Origin: the human T2T-CHM13v2.0 reference genome, Homo sapiens
Assembly (NCBI RefSeq): GCF_009914755.1
Contig: NC_060929.1
Strand: one strand, 5' to 3'
DNA: 64,000 nt
Position numbers and translations under genes: made by a program. This document shows, one piece after another, positions 1 to 14,402 of this stretch (position 1 is its first letter; every line of letters begins with the position of its first letter). The notes beneath the pieces were generated by a model, which had not been told where the DNA came from, did no database searches, and saw only the letters and a list, made by a program, of their open reading frames with translations.

Positions 1-910
1 TGTACTGCTTTAACTTCTATAACTTCATACATCTTAGACATCTAGTTATAAAAGTCTTTGAATTGTGGTTTCTTTTCTTGAAGACTCTTGGATAATGTTT
101 TATCTCAGTATTTCCATATAAAATTTAAATTAATATCTCAATTTCTATAAAAATCTTCTAGGATTTTGATTGGAATGAGAGTAAAATGATTAAGGGAAAC
201 TGACATCTTTACAATGTTAAGTCTTTGAATTAATTAACATGGTAATTCCTTCCCTTTGTCTTTTTAAGTATATTTCAATAATACTTTTTAATTTTATAAT
301 TTTCTTTGTGTCTTGCACATCTTTTGTTAGATTTGTTTCTAAGTATTTTATGCTTTTACTCTGTTGTAAATGGTACCATGTTAAAATCCTGATTCCTAAT
401 TGTTGCTAATATGTAGAACTTGGTGAGGATTTTTATTGTAAGCTGGCTATGTATTCAGCAACTTTGCTAAGTTAGATATCAACTAAAATTCATCTTTACA
501 TTCTTTTGAATTTTCTCCAGGAAATACTCATATGATCTGCAAATAATGGCAGTTACATTTTTTTCTCTTTCCAATCCTAATATCACTTTCTCTTGCTTTA
601 TTGAGCTTGATAGGGCCTCCCATCTAATTTTGAATAAAAATGAGAGTAGTTGACACCTTGTTTCACTCCCAGTTTTAGGGGATGAGCCTTCAATAATTTA
701 CTAAGTATGATATTTGCTATAAATTGTATGTCAATGCCCTCTACTTGGTTAAGGAAACTACATTCTATTCTTGGTTTGATGAGATTTTTAAAAAATCGTG
801 AATGGGTATTGAATTTTGTCAAAGCATTTTTGGCAGTAACAAAATGAACATGTGGGTTTTCTCCCCTTTTTTTATTGATGCAATGAATTACATTGATTGC
901 ATTACAATTC
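1..910 (-). mobile_element. Ancient L1M ORF2 (reverse transcriptase region) fragment
   Basis: ORF 598-945 (VIHCINKKRGENPH...AKNALTKF...PLKLGVKQG) is a degenerate match to L1 ORF2 IHHINR..KNHMI..AEKAFDK..PLKTGTRQG. Boundaries are approximate. Confidence 0.75.
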
Positions 911-1189
911 CTGGAATGTCTTATTTGTACTGGACCCTGTGACACACTAGTATTTTTCTTAAGGATTGAAGGACATTTCCACCAACTATAAACACTGCCT
1001 GCTGACAGGTCTTAGTCATCAACCTTCTCTAGAAATAGCTCTTGACTGAAGAGAACTGCTTAACCCAATGTCACTTACCCTTCTTGGGATCAATCTGCAT
1101 CCAGTGTGAATATACACATGCATGAAGATATGAAGAATAGACACCTATATGATATACTCACAAACATGCTATTTTATTCCTGTACATAT

Positions 1190-3106
<1,917 letters not shown>

Positions 3107-3387
3107 AAAAATTCCCTTTTTTTTTTTGTAGATGCTCCTTATCTAATTACTCCATTATCTAGATTGCCTATGAGACTGTTTCTCTTGTCTTTCTGTGTTC
3201 ATGGTTTTTGGCCATTTAGTCTTGCTTCCTACAGGGTCTGGTGACTTAATTAAAGGACACACATTGTGTATAAAAAAGTACAGTTGCTCTGGATGGTAGT
3301 AGCCTATTCCAGAAATAATTTAATTTTCTTCTGGCAAGCAGATAGAATATGAAAAGAACACCTCAATCATGTTTAGGTTATGTTTAA

Positions 3388-3436
3388 TGCATTACTTTCA
3401 ATGGCAAAAACCACAATTACTTTTACACAGACCTTA
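3388..3436. mobile_element. Half MADE1 (Hsmar1-derived MITE)
   Basis: attactttcaatggcaaaaaccacaattacttttacacagacc matches the loop and right arm of MADE1. Confidence 0.75.
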
Positions 3437-3649
3437 TATGACTCAGTAAAGGCCCCAAAGGAAATAGTAGAGGTCTTCTTTTTCTTTTTGAGAGTGTAGC
3501 TACTAAGTCTTATTTGTCTTGGTTACTTTCCAATCTTTCAAAGAATATTTTACTTAATCTTCATATTTTGTATTTAATTCAGTATGTTTTATTTAGCTTT
3601 GATAGTCATGCTTATGACAGTTCCCGCCTTATCTAGAACCCAATTCTCT

Positions 3650-5580
3650 CTCCTTCCTTATAATATGTTTTAAGGCATATTTGCTTCCAAGACAATTTTC
3701 TCTTTCTTTGTTTTCTTCCTCACTGGCTGTTCCTTCCAACTGTCCTTTACTGCCCTTCGTTCCTTAGACCTCTTCTATTCTGTATCTACCTGCATTCCTC
3801 AGGTGATTTCATCTAGTCATATGGATTTAAATGGCATCTAATCTTTGAGAATGGTCCACTTTTTTTTTTCTTTCTGATCGGGACCTCCTAGGAACTGCAG
3901 AATTTGATATCAAGCTCCTTACTGGACATCTCCAATTGCATATCTAATAGGTATCTCAAATAAGTAAAAAAGCCAAGTGTTTGACTCTCCACACCCTATA
4001 AACTTACACACAGTATTCTCATCTCGATTGATGGTTACTCACTCTAATCTTCTAGTTGCTCTGTCCAAAATTTTGGGTCATGTTTGGCTTAGGTTTTCCT
4101 TTCACATTCCTCTTCTAATTTTTCAAAAAAAAAAAAAAATCCTGTTGGTTAAATCCTCAAAATAGATCCAGATTCTAAATTACAATCTCGATTGTTATCA
4201 CTGAGGTTGGAGTACCATTGTCTCTCACCTGTCAGATTACTTCAATAGACTCCCTTACAGTCTGCTTTTTAACAGAAAAACCAGAAAGATTCTTTAACAA
4301 TATAATTCAGGTCATGTTACTCATTTGCTCAATACTCTGCAATGGCTTCCCATTTTCCTCATAGTAAAAGTCAATGGTCTTAAAATAACCTGAAAAGTCC
4401 TACACGATCTTTCTCCTATATATTTTTTTTTACTTCCTCTCCTACATTTCCCTCCCTCATTTACTCTGCAACAGCCACCCTAACCTTGATATGTTAGGAA
4501 TATTCTACCATAGCACTTTGCACTTGCTATTTTTCTGGCCTGGTATATTCTCCAAGATATCCACAAGTACAACTCCCCAACCTCCTTAAAGTTGTAACTG
4601 AAACATCACCTTCTCAATAAAGCCTAGTTTAACACCCTATTTAATATTACAATCTGCTATCCGGTTCACCTGCTTTTTCATAGTACTTACCATCTCCTAA
4701 CATCCTAGATATCTGCTTATTTTTAATCTCCTCTACTTATTTTCATCTCATCACTTATTGTCTGCCTCTCTTTGTTAGAATATAAACTTTACAAGGATGT
4801 GGGTCATTGTCTATACTGTTCAATAATGTACCCTAAGCGCCTGAATTAGATTCTCAAATATGGTTGGGGCTCGATAAATAATTAATTATAGAGCAAAAGA
4901 ATATGTAAAATCTGACAATTTCTCACCACCTCAAATTGCTATCATCCTAGTCCAAGTTAGCGTTAGCATCATCACTTGCCAGGATAATTGTAATTCCTTC
5001 CCAAAAGTTTTCACTATTTTCTGCCATTCCACAGTCATTCTCTATAGAGTAGCCAGAATGATTCTTTTAAAACATAGGGCAAATAATGTCATTCCTCTCA
5101 CCCAAACCCTCAAAAGCTTCTTCTATCACTCTGAGTAGCCACAGTCTGACTCCAGGCTACCTCTCTGACCTCTACTTTTCTTACCAATTTCCTCCTTGCT
5201 CACTGCTGTCTGTAATCTTCTAGGCCATTCCTTGAACTACCCAAGCATGCTCCCACTCCAGGGCCTTTATGATTATTGCAATTTTGTTCCAAAACACTTT
5301 TTTTCTTAGTGCTTACATGACTTACTTTTCCTCTTCCTGCAGGACTCTGCTCCAGCAATATTTTATTAAGGAAGGTGAATGTCATGTGTAAATCACTCAC
5401 TTTTTACTTGTTTTTGTGTGTGTTTTTTTAAATAAAATGTAACACCTGAAATATATCGTACTTTCTCCTCACTAGATTTTAAATGCCATATGAACTGAAA
5501 TTTTTTTTACCATTAATTTCTCAATTGCCTATGGAACATAGTGGGCATTCAATTATTTCTTGAATGAATAAATAAATAAA
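3650..5580 (-). mobile_element. Cluster of L2 fragments
   Basis: L2 motifs (cttactggacatctccaattgcatatctaataggtatctcaaa; ctctgcaatggcttccc; terminal tgaatgaataaat). Several pieces, boundaries and strand approximate. Confidence 0.6.
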
Positions 5581-6019
5581 TAGTGCAGCCATTACGAGCT
5601 TAGACTTTGAAGTCGTATAATTCCCTTTATAAAATGAATATTAAACATAGTAATATTGTGTTGGTTAGATGATATTGAAACATGTGAAGAATTTAGTATA
5701 TTGTCTATAAATATTTAATAAATGGTAGTGATGATGGAAAGAGAAAGCAGGGTCTAGGTTTGGGAACATAAATGAGAAAATTATTATGTGAACCCTTTGA
5801 ATTTTTAGGTGGTTTCTTTCCCATTATGTTAACAACCCTGCATTGGGTTGGTGTGGTTACCAATTTGTAAAATTTGGGGATGGATTAGGACATTTCTAGC
5901 AAGCTTAGCTTTAAAAGCACAGCTGATTCCATTGAGCAAAGGAAGAAAGTCCCTGGAGTAGGTTTCTGCCTTGGGCATCTGTACTTGCATGTATGTGTAG
6001 GTTTATATGTGTGGGTATA

Positions 6020-6678
6020 TAGCTGGTCATCATTAGGCATAGATTCCATATTTGTGAGTTAATCTACTCATTAGAATTTATTTGTAACCTCCTAAATCCC
6101 CCAAATCAATACTTGAGTTGCTTTCACAGTGTTTTTATGGTCATTTGTAGACATGCACGTGCACAAAGCAGTGGAAGCATTGTTTCCTGATAGGTGTGTT
6201 TCCAGCTGAAGTCAAACAAGGCAATGCTCTATCATCTTGTTTCACTTCAACAAGTGTCCTTTTTGCTATTTGCCGGCACATATTTTGCATTGTGTGCTTT
6301 TTGATGGTGATTTCATGGTTTAAAATGGACCCTAAGTGTACTGCTGAAGTGCTGTCTGGTGTTTGTAATTGCAAGAAGGCTGTGATGTGCTTTACAGAGA
6401 AAATACATGTTTTAGATAAGCTTCATTCAGGCATGAGTTATAGTGTCTTGTCCATGACTGCAATGCTAACGAGTCAACATATAAATTAAATAGGTGTTTT
6501 TAAGCACAAACACACATCAAACAAGGTTATGCATTGATTGGCTGATGAAAATGTTGTGACCAGAGACTCACAGGAACCTAATCCTGTGTTTTCCCTGGAA
6601 GCAAAGATTCAGTATTTACCAATTCAGTGTTTGCAATGACTTTATAGAATTTAATTGCCGCCAACAACATGACCATGT
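6020..6678 (+). mobile_element. MER44-like DNA transposon relic (TcMar-Tigger)
   Basis: gattccatatttgtgag...atttatttgtaacc...ccccaaatcaatact and gttttagataagcttcattcaggcatgagttatagtg are MER44B-type motifs. Confidence 0.75.
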
Positions 6679-6984
6679 GGATTGTGCTAGCTTCTCTCTA
6701 GGCAGGTTCAGTGTGCAAATGAGTGGACAGATATGAATATTAGCCATGTTAACAATAAACAGATGCTCCATTTCCCATTTAGGTGAATTAGGGTCCATTT
6801 TAAACCGTGATTAAAATTAAATAGGCAATCCCTTTGGCTCATTCTAAGTGAACAAAAACTTTCTGGGTTGTTTTCTTTAGAAATTCTACTCAGGAGGTAG
6901 AAGTGCTGATCCCTCATCAGAAGTTCCCAATGCACAGAAGCATACACTTCCAAAGATCTTCTCCATTAGGGAATAAGTTTAGCA

Positions 6985-7235
6985 TATAAATTAAGAGCAC
7001 AGACTCTGGAATCCAAAGCCCGGGCTCAGATACAGTCCCCACTACTTCCTACCAATGACTTTAGTGAATAATCTCCCTGATCCTCTGTTCGCTGATCTAT
7101 AAAATGAGGATAATGATAGGATCTACTTCATAATGTTGTTGTGAAGCCTAAGTGAGGTTCCCAGGAATAATGATTAACAGGGGGCTTCATACATACATAG
7201 TAAGTGTTCAACATTCACTGGCCATTATTATTCTT
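6985..7235 (+). mobile_element. MIR
   Basis: ttaagagcacagactctggaatcc...ctataaaatgaggataatgata...gttgttgtgaag core. Confidence 0.7.
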
Positions 7236-7410
7236 GGAGTAATAATAATGGTTGAAAATTTGGATTTCATTTCCTCCAGGAATGGTGAAACTGACAGTTT
7301 AAAATAAATTGGATAGGATTCAAAAAATGTCCATGCAGTTACACTTCTAATTCACTCTTCTGCCTCCGGCATTTCTTTCAGAATCCTAAGGAATACTTGT
7401 TCTGACATAC

Positions 7411-7452
7411 CGCATGAAAATCCTGGCCCAGGCCTTGGTTTAGACTCCTTTC
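7411..7452 (-). CDS. HTR4: HTR4 alternative cassette exon h, 42 nt, 14-aa insertion in ECL2
   Basis: ttgttctttttcaag|GAA AGG AGT CTA AAC CAA GGC CTG GGC CAG GAT TTT CAT GCG|gtatgt = ERSLNQGLGQDFHA. Phase 0-0, compatible with the phase-0 end of the 154-nt exon. Matches the 5-HT4(h) insert as I recall it. Confidence 0.93.
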
Positions 7453-7729
7453 CTTGAAAAAGAACAAGGCAGGACTAAGGGCTAAGAATGCGGTGAAAAG
7501 AGGAAAGGGCAGCTCCCTGTCTTGAGGGTCCTGTTGCTCTTAATCTCTCCTCTCCACTCCACTTCCCACATCTCGATGTATCCGGGGACCACTTCTACAG
7601 CAAGTGCCTGACAACTTCCTTATGGAATATATATCCCTGCTAAAGAATCCAGATCATAGATTTTGATCTTCATTGTAAGTTTAGTATGTCAAAGCTGGAG
7701 GACTCTTAAAGGTTAGTATCTAGACAGAA

Positions 7730-8183
7730 TGAGATGGTTAATTTTATGTGTTAACTTGACCAGGCATGGGGTACCTACACATTTAGTCAAGCATTATTCT
7801 GGGTGTGTCTTCGAGGAAATTTTTGGATGAGATTAACATTTGAATCAGTAGACTGCCTTTCCCAATGCAGGTGAACCTCATGCAATCCATTGAAGGCTTG
7901 AATAGGAGGGAACTCATGCTGCCTTACTGCCTTCAAGCTGTGATATCAGTTTTTCCTGCCTTTGGACTCAAACTAAAACATTGACTCTCCTGGGCTCTAG
8001 TGTGCCGGCATTTGGACAGGAACTACACTATTGGCTCTCCTGGGAGTCTAGCTTGCTGACTGTAGATCTTGTTACTGGTAAACATCCATAATCACATGAA
8101 CCAATTCCTTACAGTATCCCTTTCTCTCTCTCTACACAAACACACACACCCATTAGTTATGTTTATCTGGAGAACCAATACAC
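7730..8183 (+). mobile_element. MLT2 (ERVL) solo LTR
   Basis: Starts tgagatggttaattttatgtgttaacttgac, contains cattattctgggtgtgtct, ends ctggagaacc...ataca. Confidence 0.8.
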
Positions 8184-8407
8184 AGGGATCGGAATAATGC
8201 CTGGCATATGTTGCATGCCCTCCTAGATCCCTGGTAGACCTTCTTCTCCATTGAGAACCAATGGATCTTCTCATCACAGTGCTTCAGGAAATGAGACAGT
8301 TCAGAGCTGGGCTCAGGGCTTAGTTCTCTCAACTTCTAGCCTGGAGCTGTCTTCATTCCCCAGCAGCCTCTACCCACATGACATATTTTCTTCAGCTCCA
8401 TGTCAGC

Positions 8408-8773
8408 TGATACAGTTTGGCTGTGTCCCCACCCAAATCTCATCTTGAACTGTAGCTCCTCCCATAATTCTCACTTGTTATAGGAGGGACCTGGTGGGAG
8501 ATAACTGAATTATGGGGGTGGTTTCCCCCATACTTTTCTCGTGGTAGTGAATATGTCTCATGAGATCTGATGGTTTTATAAAGGGGAAACCCCCTTCGCT
8601 TGGCTCCCATTCTCTCTTGCCTGCAGCCACGTAAGATGTGCCTTTTGCCTCCTGCCATGATTGTGAGGCCTCCCCAGGCATGTGGAACTGTGAGTCCATT
8701 AAGCCTCCTTTTCTTTATAAATTACCCAATCTGGGGTTTGTCTTTATCAGCAGTGTAAAAATGGACTAGTACA
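8408..8773 (+). mobile_element. THE1/MST-type MaLR solo LTR with a perfect 5-bp TSD (TCAGC)
   Basis: TG...CA termini. tcagc is present at 8403-8407 and 8774-8778. Confidence 0.92.
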
Positions 8774-9047
8774 TCAGCCTTATAGACTCTCCACATAAAA
8801 TGGAATAAAGACCTTTTGGGGCAAATGACATGCCTCAGGCATGTCTAAGCAAAGTCTAAGCTTTGAATATTTGTTCGCTTATCTACAAGCTGTGTGACAT
8901 TGGGCATGTTACTTAACCTTAACCTACATAAGCTTGTGAGCCTGGGTTTTCTCATCTGAGAAATGGGGGAAATAACTATACTTTCCCCATAATGAGGTTT
9001 TCAAGATTATATATAAAGTATTTAGCATACTCTCTGGCATACAGGCA

Positions 9048-9526
9048 TGTTAAAGAAAAAAATTATTCATGACATTTGTTAAAGCAGTAAAGCAGACTTT
9101 ATTCAGGACTATCAACATAGGTTATAGGGACTACTGTGATGGGGTTTTGTAGTAGAAGAGAGAGATTGAAATGCAACAAGGGAAAGTGGAAATTTATAGC
9201 CAAACAGCATGGTGAGTGGGGGTTAGTGGATGGAAAATTACCAATAGAAAACATCAGGAGTAAGAGAGGATTCTGGCTAAACAAACCTAGCAGGGCTCTT
9301 GCTGAAGACAGGCCAAGGTGATCATACATCACCTGGGAGATGGTGGAGGGTGAAGAACCTAATCAAATATCAAGGGTGGGGGATTCTGGCTATACCAACT
9401 TAGCAAGATTCTTGCTAAAATTGGGTGATGCAAAAACAGACATAGAAGTCCAAAAGTCAAGACCTAGATGGGACAAGGATTCAGAAAAGTCTAACTAAAG
9501 TTGGGTTAAGGAGAGGAGTTTTGTCA
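9048..9526 (-). mobile_element. ERV1-class solo LTR (MER31/MER67-like), sense to HTR4, interrupting a MIR
   Basis: The minus strand begins TGACAAAACTCCTCTCCTTAACCCAACTTTAG and ends TTTAACA, with AATAAA at 9098-9103 (-). MIR sequence lies on both sides. Confidence 0.7.
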
Positions 9527-9681
9527 GTAAGCATTCAAAAGTGTTAGCTTTAAAAAAAAAAATTATCACCCAGACCACTATCAGATTCTTAGAATACTCA
9601 ATCTAATATTATTTATTCATTTAGGAACCCCATGCAAAGTTGATCAGACAGTAAACCAGTGAGGTCTGTGTGGATACTCAC

Positions 9682-9835
9682 CAAATCAATTATGCCAATG
9701 TTATTCCAGCCTTGCATTATAGGGAGAAAAGAAATAAACGTGGGGATGACCCAGCAGCCTCCCAGCATTAATGCGATGCGCAGAGGGGTCATCTTGTTCC
9801 TATAGACCAAAGGCTGGCAGCAGATGGCGTAATAC
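9682..9835 (-). CDS. HTR4: HTR4 coding exon, 154 nt, phase 2-0: end of DRY, ICL2, TM4, start of ECL2
   Basis: tccag|G TAT TAC...ATT GAT TTG|gtgagt. Translates (R)[51 protein letters not shown], in frame with the 201-nt exon. Confidence 0.98.
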
Positions 9836-10126
9836 CTGGAGAGAGAATAGAGGGCAGAGCATAGGCATGGGCAAGGAGGAATGGGAGGGAGAGAAAAGAG
9901 AATATATGAGAGAGAAAAGGGGAGGAAGAGGGGATGGAGCAAGGGATAGAGAACAGCAAACATTGAGGAGAAGAGTCGGAGGGGAAGCAGAGAATAAAAA
10001 TAAGGAAATAAAAGAAAGAATACAGGGTAAAAAGAGGAGAGCAAGTGGCAGAGGAAGGGAAAAAGAAGGAAGAGAGAGAAAAGAACAGAGGAAAGGAAAA
10101 GTGATTATATAATACAACATGATATA
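9836..10126 (-). promoter_or_regulatory. 3' splice site with a 289-nt AG exclusion zone and extended polypyrimidine tract; candidate distant branch points near 10102-10108
   Basis: There is no CT dinucleotide on + (AG on -) from 9838 to 10126. The tract is C/T-rich on the minus strand, with TTATATAATCAC at its 5' edge. Confidence 0.85.
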
Positions 10127-12234
10127 CTGGCCTGTGAGTTTCTGTTAATATAAATATTAATATATACTTTGGATCACATCTGAGAATCATTGCCTGCAGT
10201 TGGCCCCACAGTCCTCTCCATCTCCCAATATCTGGAGGAGCTCCACACACACCAGAAGGTCTTTTCTATTTCTGGCACTGTTCCAACACTATCCCGATGC
10301 CTGTGCATTGAGGAGCCTCTGCCCAGCCCTCTAGGCCTCAGTATCCAGGCAACTGTAATCTATTTGATTACAACTTGAGGTGACCCAGGCATAGCTCTAC
10401 ATCTGGGCTCTAACCACTGTGTCTCAGATTTGTCCCCTTACCCTTGATCACCTGCCTACATGGAAGTGGAGCTCTAAGTCCGTGTTTTTTTTTTTGAATT
10501 GTGGTTCAAGGATTCCCCTCCATCCCCCCATCCCTGCCATGCTGAATCAAACTCACCTGAGGAAGCCTTTTTAAAATGCAGATCCCAAGGATCTCCTGAA
10601 TCAGAGCCTGTTGGTGAACAACCTGGAGCTTGCATGTTGACAAGTGTGAGTTATTACTAAGTGTGAGTTATTGTTAAGGATACTCAGTTTCCTCCTTCCA
10701 AACACGTACACTTCTTGGCATCCTTACGGCTGGATAGGACCAAGGGACTAGTCCTGACCAATGAATCATGAACAGAATTGACATGCATCACTTCTGGGAC
10801 AAACCATTTAACTGTTTCTGGGATACTAAGAATGTAAAATTTTGAATATTTCCTGCTCCATCATTTCCTGTCTACTGGATGAGACCACCCCACTTCCATT
10901 TATTAGAGTCTGACCTCTCTCATGGGACACAGTGCTCACTATCTTTTGATTCCATGTTCTGCCTATGATACTAACTTTCTTCCTGCCTCCAGAAAGAGGT
11001 ACAATCTGCCCATTCAACAGTCTGGCCTCTAACTTCTAGACCGTTCCTGCATGTTACTCTGGCCTTGGAGATCACCTCTTCCATGCCCAGGCATGGCATG
11101 GAATTTCACAACAGGCAGAATGCTACAGTAGATCTATCATTCATTTCTCTTTGGGAGAGTACAAAATAGAAATGCAAAAAGAGCCTGGAGGCTGTCTATT
11201 CTTTAAGGTTTTATACCATTTAATGATGAACCACCCTCATACACCCCTCATTTTATGCAGTTCACTTTGTTAATTTTTCCCACCTCTTCTTTTCTTTTCT
11301 TAATTCAAAGCCTAACTAACAAAACAATGGCTATATTCTTTGAAGAGGTGGTAGTAGGATGGGTTGAGAGAGAGGGTGGAATGAGGAGAGCCCCGTGTTG
11401 GAGCACGAGGAGCAGGTGCCTCAGGAGCAGGGAGAGGAGAAATACCCGCTTTCCTACAAGGCACTGAGGAGCAGCTGATGACATTGTGCCAAAAGCTCCT
11501 TGTAGCTGGCAAGCTTGGTGGGGTGTCCTGATCTGGGCCAGAGTGCAAGAAACAACAAATCAAAGAATGGGAGACTGTCTTGCTCCGAAAAACCATTGTC
11601 TCCATTATAATTCTGACATGGCTGCAAAATCAAACTAAAGATAACTCAGTCATTGAAAGAATCATGATTAGCTGGATTCCCTCCACACTGTTGGCTTACA
11701 AGAAAGACAAATTATATCTGAGTAGCAAATTTTTCTGAATGGTGATATTCATAATCATCAGAGGTTTATTATTAACATAGAATTAATGATGAATTTGAAG
11801 TGGATGAAATATACTCTTTTTTTTTCAAATTTTGTTTCCTTCTTGATTTCCTGTTAGGGGGCAAGTTTCTTTCCATTTAGCATCCTTCTTCCTTTCTCTT
11901 GTTAATAGCACTTCAAATCCTTCGGGAGTTATCTCTTTGCTGTTGCTATAGTGCTGTTGGGAAAACAAATGATGGGGCTTTGACTTTTCTAGCCTAGGGG
12001 TGACCCGATCAGACTTTCTCCTAGGACTCAATGTCCTGCAGAGGGATGCAAGGTGGGCAAGTCAGCAGAGGGCTTTTTATCTCAGCAGCAGCCCCCTGGT
12101 AGGGCTGGGGATTCATTCCTGCTCCTTGGATCTTTTGCAGCATGCTCTTACCCATCAAGTCCTCACTCCTTAGCTCTCTCTTTAAATAAACCACCTCATA
12201 TATTTCCAATAAATTCTCTTTTTGCTTAAGCTGG

Positions 12235-12699
12235 TGTCATGGGTTGAATTGTGTCCTTCCTCTTCCAAAAGATATGTTGAATTCCCAACTCTCAGTAACC
12301 TTGGAATGTGACCTTATTTAGACATAGGATTTTAAAAGAGGCAATCAAATTAAAATGAGGTCTTCAGGGTGATCCTGAATCCAATGTGACTGATGTCTTT
12401 ATGAAAAGAAAAATTTTGACACAGAAACTGATATGCACAGTACGAAGGTGGCCATGAGAAGATGGAAGATTGGAGTGATGCGTCCATAAGCCAAGGAACA
12501 CTTAAAGTTGCCAGCAACCAGCAGAAGCCAGGAAGAGGCAAGAAAGAATCCTTCCCCTACAAGTTCCAGAGGGATAATCGCCCTATTGATACCTTTATTT
12601 CAGACTTCTAGCCTTTAGAGCAGTGAGACAACAAGTGTGTATTGTTCTAAGCCATCCAGTGTGTGGTACCTGTTATGACAGCTTTAGCAAACTAATACA
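12235..12699 (+). mobile_element. MLT1 (MLT1C-like) MaLR LTR nested in the tail of an older MLT1
   Basis: tgtcatgggttgaattgtgtcc...actaataca, with near-TSD gctgg/gttgg. Confidence 0.8.
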
Positions 12700-13077
12700 G
12701 TTGGCTAATAACAATCTCTTGCTTGCAAGAAAAGTATACCACTTCACACAGAGCAGTAAAACTGGCTTGAATGCCAGATATATCTTTCATAGTATACTTA
12801 AGTAAGAATATCTTTTGTTTCATTCAATATACTTTCAGATCATAGCTCAAGTTTTGGCATCCTTTCTTCTATTATCCCAAAAAGGCAATAGAGGGATAAA
12901 TGAAGAATGAATTCTGCCCTATCTTTGTTGTGTAATCAATATAATTTTTGAGGTTTAGAATGAGGTGCCGAGATGTTGCCAAGTAAAGAGCAGATTTCAG
13001 AAATTTTGGTTGGATCTCTAACGTCACAAAAATCCAAAAGTTCAAAAACACAAGGCCAAATTAAGTATCCTATAGGA

Positions 13078-13692
13078 CACTGTTCACCACAACCAAGGTA
13101 TGGAACCTACCTAAGCATTTATTAGTGGATAAATGAGTATAGAAAATGTGGTATATATATACATGATGGGATATTATTCCATCATAAAAAAAATAAAATC
13201 CTGTCATTTCCAGCAGCATGGATGGAACTGGAGGACATTATGTTAAGTGAATAAGCCAGGCACAGAAGGACAAATATTGCATGTTGTCCCTCATGTGAGG
13301 GAGCTAAGAAAATTGATCTCATGGAGGTAAAGCATAAAATGATGGTTACCACAGGCTGGGAGGGGTAGTATGTAGGGGGAGTATGAAGAGGGGTCAGCGA
13401 ATGCATACAAAAATACAATTAGATAGTGGGAATAAGATCTAGTGTTTGGGCAGCACAAGTGGGTAACTTGTTAACAATCACTTATTGTATCTTTCAAAAT
13501 AGCTAGAATAATAGATTTGGAATGCTCTCAACACAAAGAAATGATAAATGTTTGAGGTGATGGATATCCCAACTACCCTGATTTGATCACTACACATTGT
13601 ATGCTTGTATCAAAATATCACATGTACCCCATAAGTATGTACAACTATTATGTACCCATAAAATTTAAAATATTTTACATAAATAAATAATA
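13078..13692 (+). mobile_element. L1MA 3' end fragment
   Basis: catggatggaactggaggacattatgttaagtgaaataagccaggcacag-like motif, L1MA 3'UTR (gaggtgatggatatcccaactaccctgatttgatc) and an A-rich tail. Confidence 0.85.
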
Positions 13693-14112
13693 TCTTGCAG
13701 GACAAAAAGTACGTTTCAGAAAGCAGGATGTCTTACCTGAGAAGATTCTTTGATTTCCATAAATGGATGTGGATGTTTAGAGGGTTATGTTGGGAAAATA
13801 ATAGAATTTACAAGAGGGCTTTAGAATGTATGGTTATATTGGTGCTCATAACATTTTTATGAAAGCCTTTCTTTCTAAATCTAGCTTGCCCAGGGCTATT
13901 GCCAGTTTCCCTTGACATAATGATCATCCCATGAACAATAATATTGCCCTACATTCTGTTGTCCAAATGTTCTATGCTTTAATTTGCCTTACCCTAGATT
14001 TCTAGGAGCTGCTGCTATATAGAATTAAATAGTGGTAACAGGTTTCCTTTTAAAATTCAACTTAAAGGAGGATACTGTGAATGTAGTACACATTTTACCA
14101 ATCCCTTACACA

Positions 14113-14402
14113 TTTTTTAATTTGAAACAGAATCCTGTTCTGTTGCCCGGGCTGAGGTGCTTATGTGATCTTGGCTCACTGCAACCTCCGCCTCCCAGGC
14201 TCAATTGATTCAGCTGCCTAGCTTCCTGAGTAGCTGGGAATACAGGCGTGCACCACCACACCCAGCTAATTTTTATATTTTTAGCAGGGACAGGGTTTCG
14301 CTATGTTGGCTAGGCTTGTCTCAAATTCCTGGCCTCAAGTGATTCACCCGCCTTAGTCTCCCAAAGTGCTGTCATTACAAACATGAGCCACCACACCTGG
14401 CC
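14113..14402 (-). mobile_element. Diverged Alu (AluJ or old AluS) with a 14-bp TSD
   Basis: Antisense Alu dimer. cccttacacatttt is present at 14103-14116 and 14403-14416. Confidence 0.92.

Noticed and set aside
9771-10250. Overlapping ORFs of 106-153 aa (R/E/K-rich or F/L/S-rich)
   Set aside because: By-products of the stop-poor purine/pyrimidine tract at the splice acceptor.
10642-10672. Tandem aagtgtgagttatt x2
   Set aside because: Simple 17-bp-period slippage duplication at a repeat junction. Not an array.
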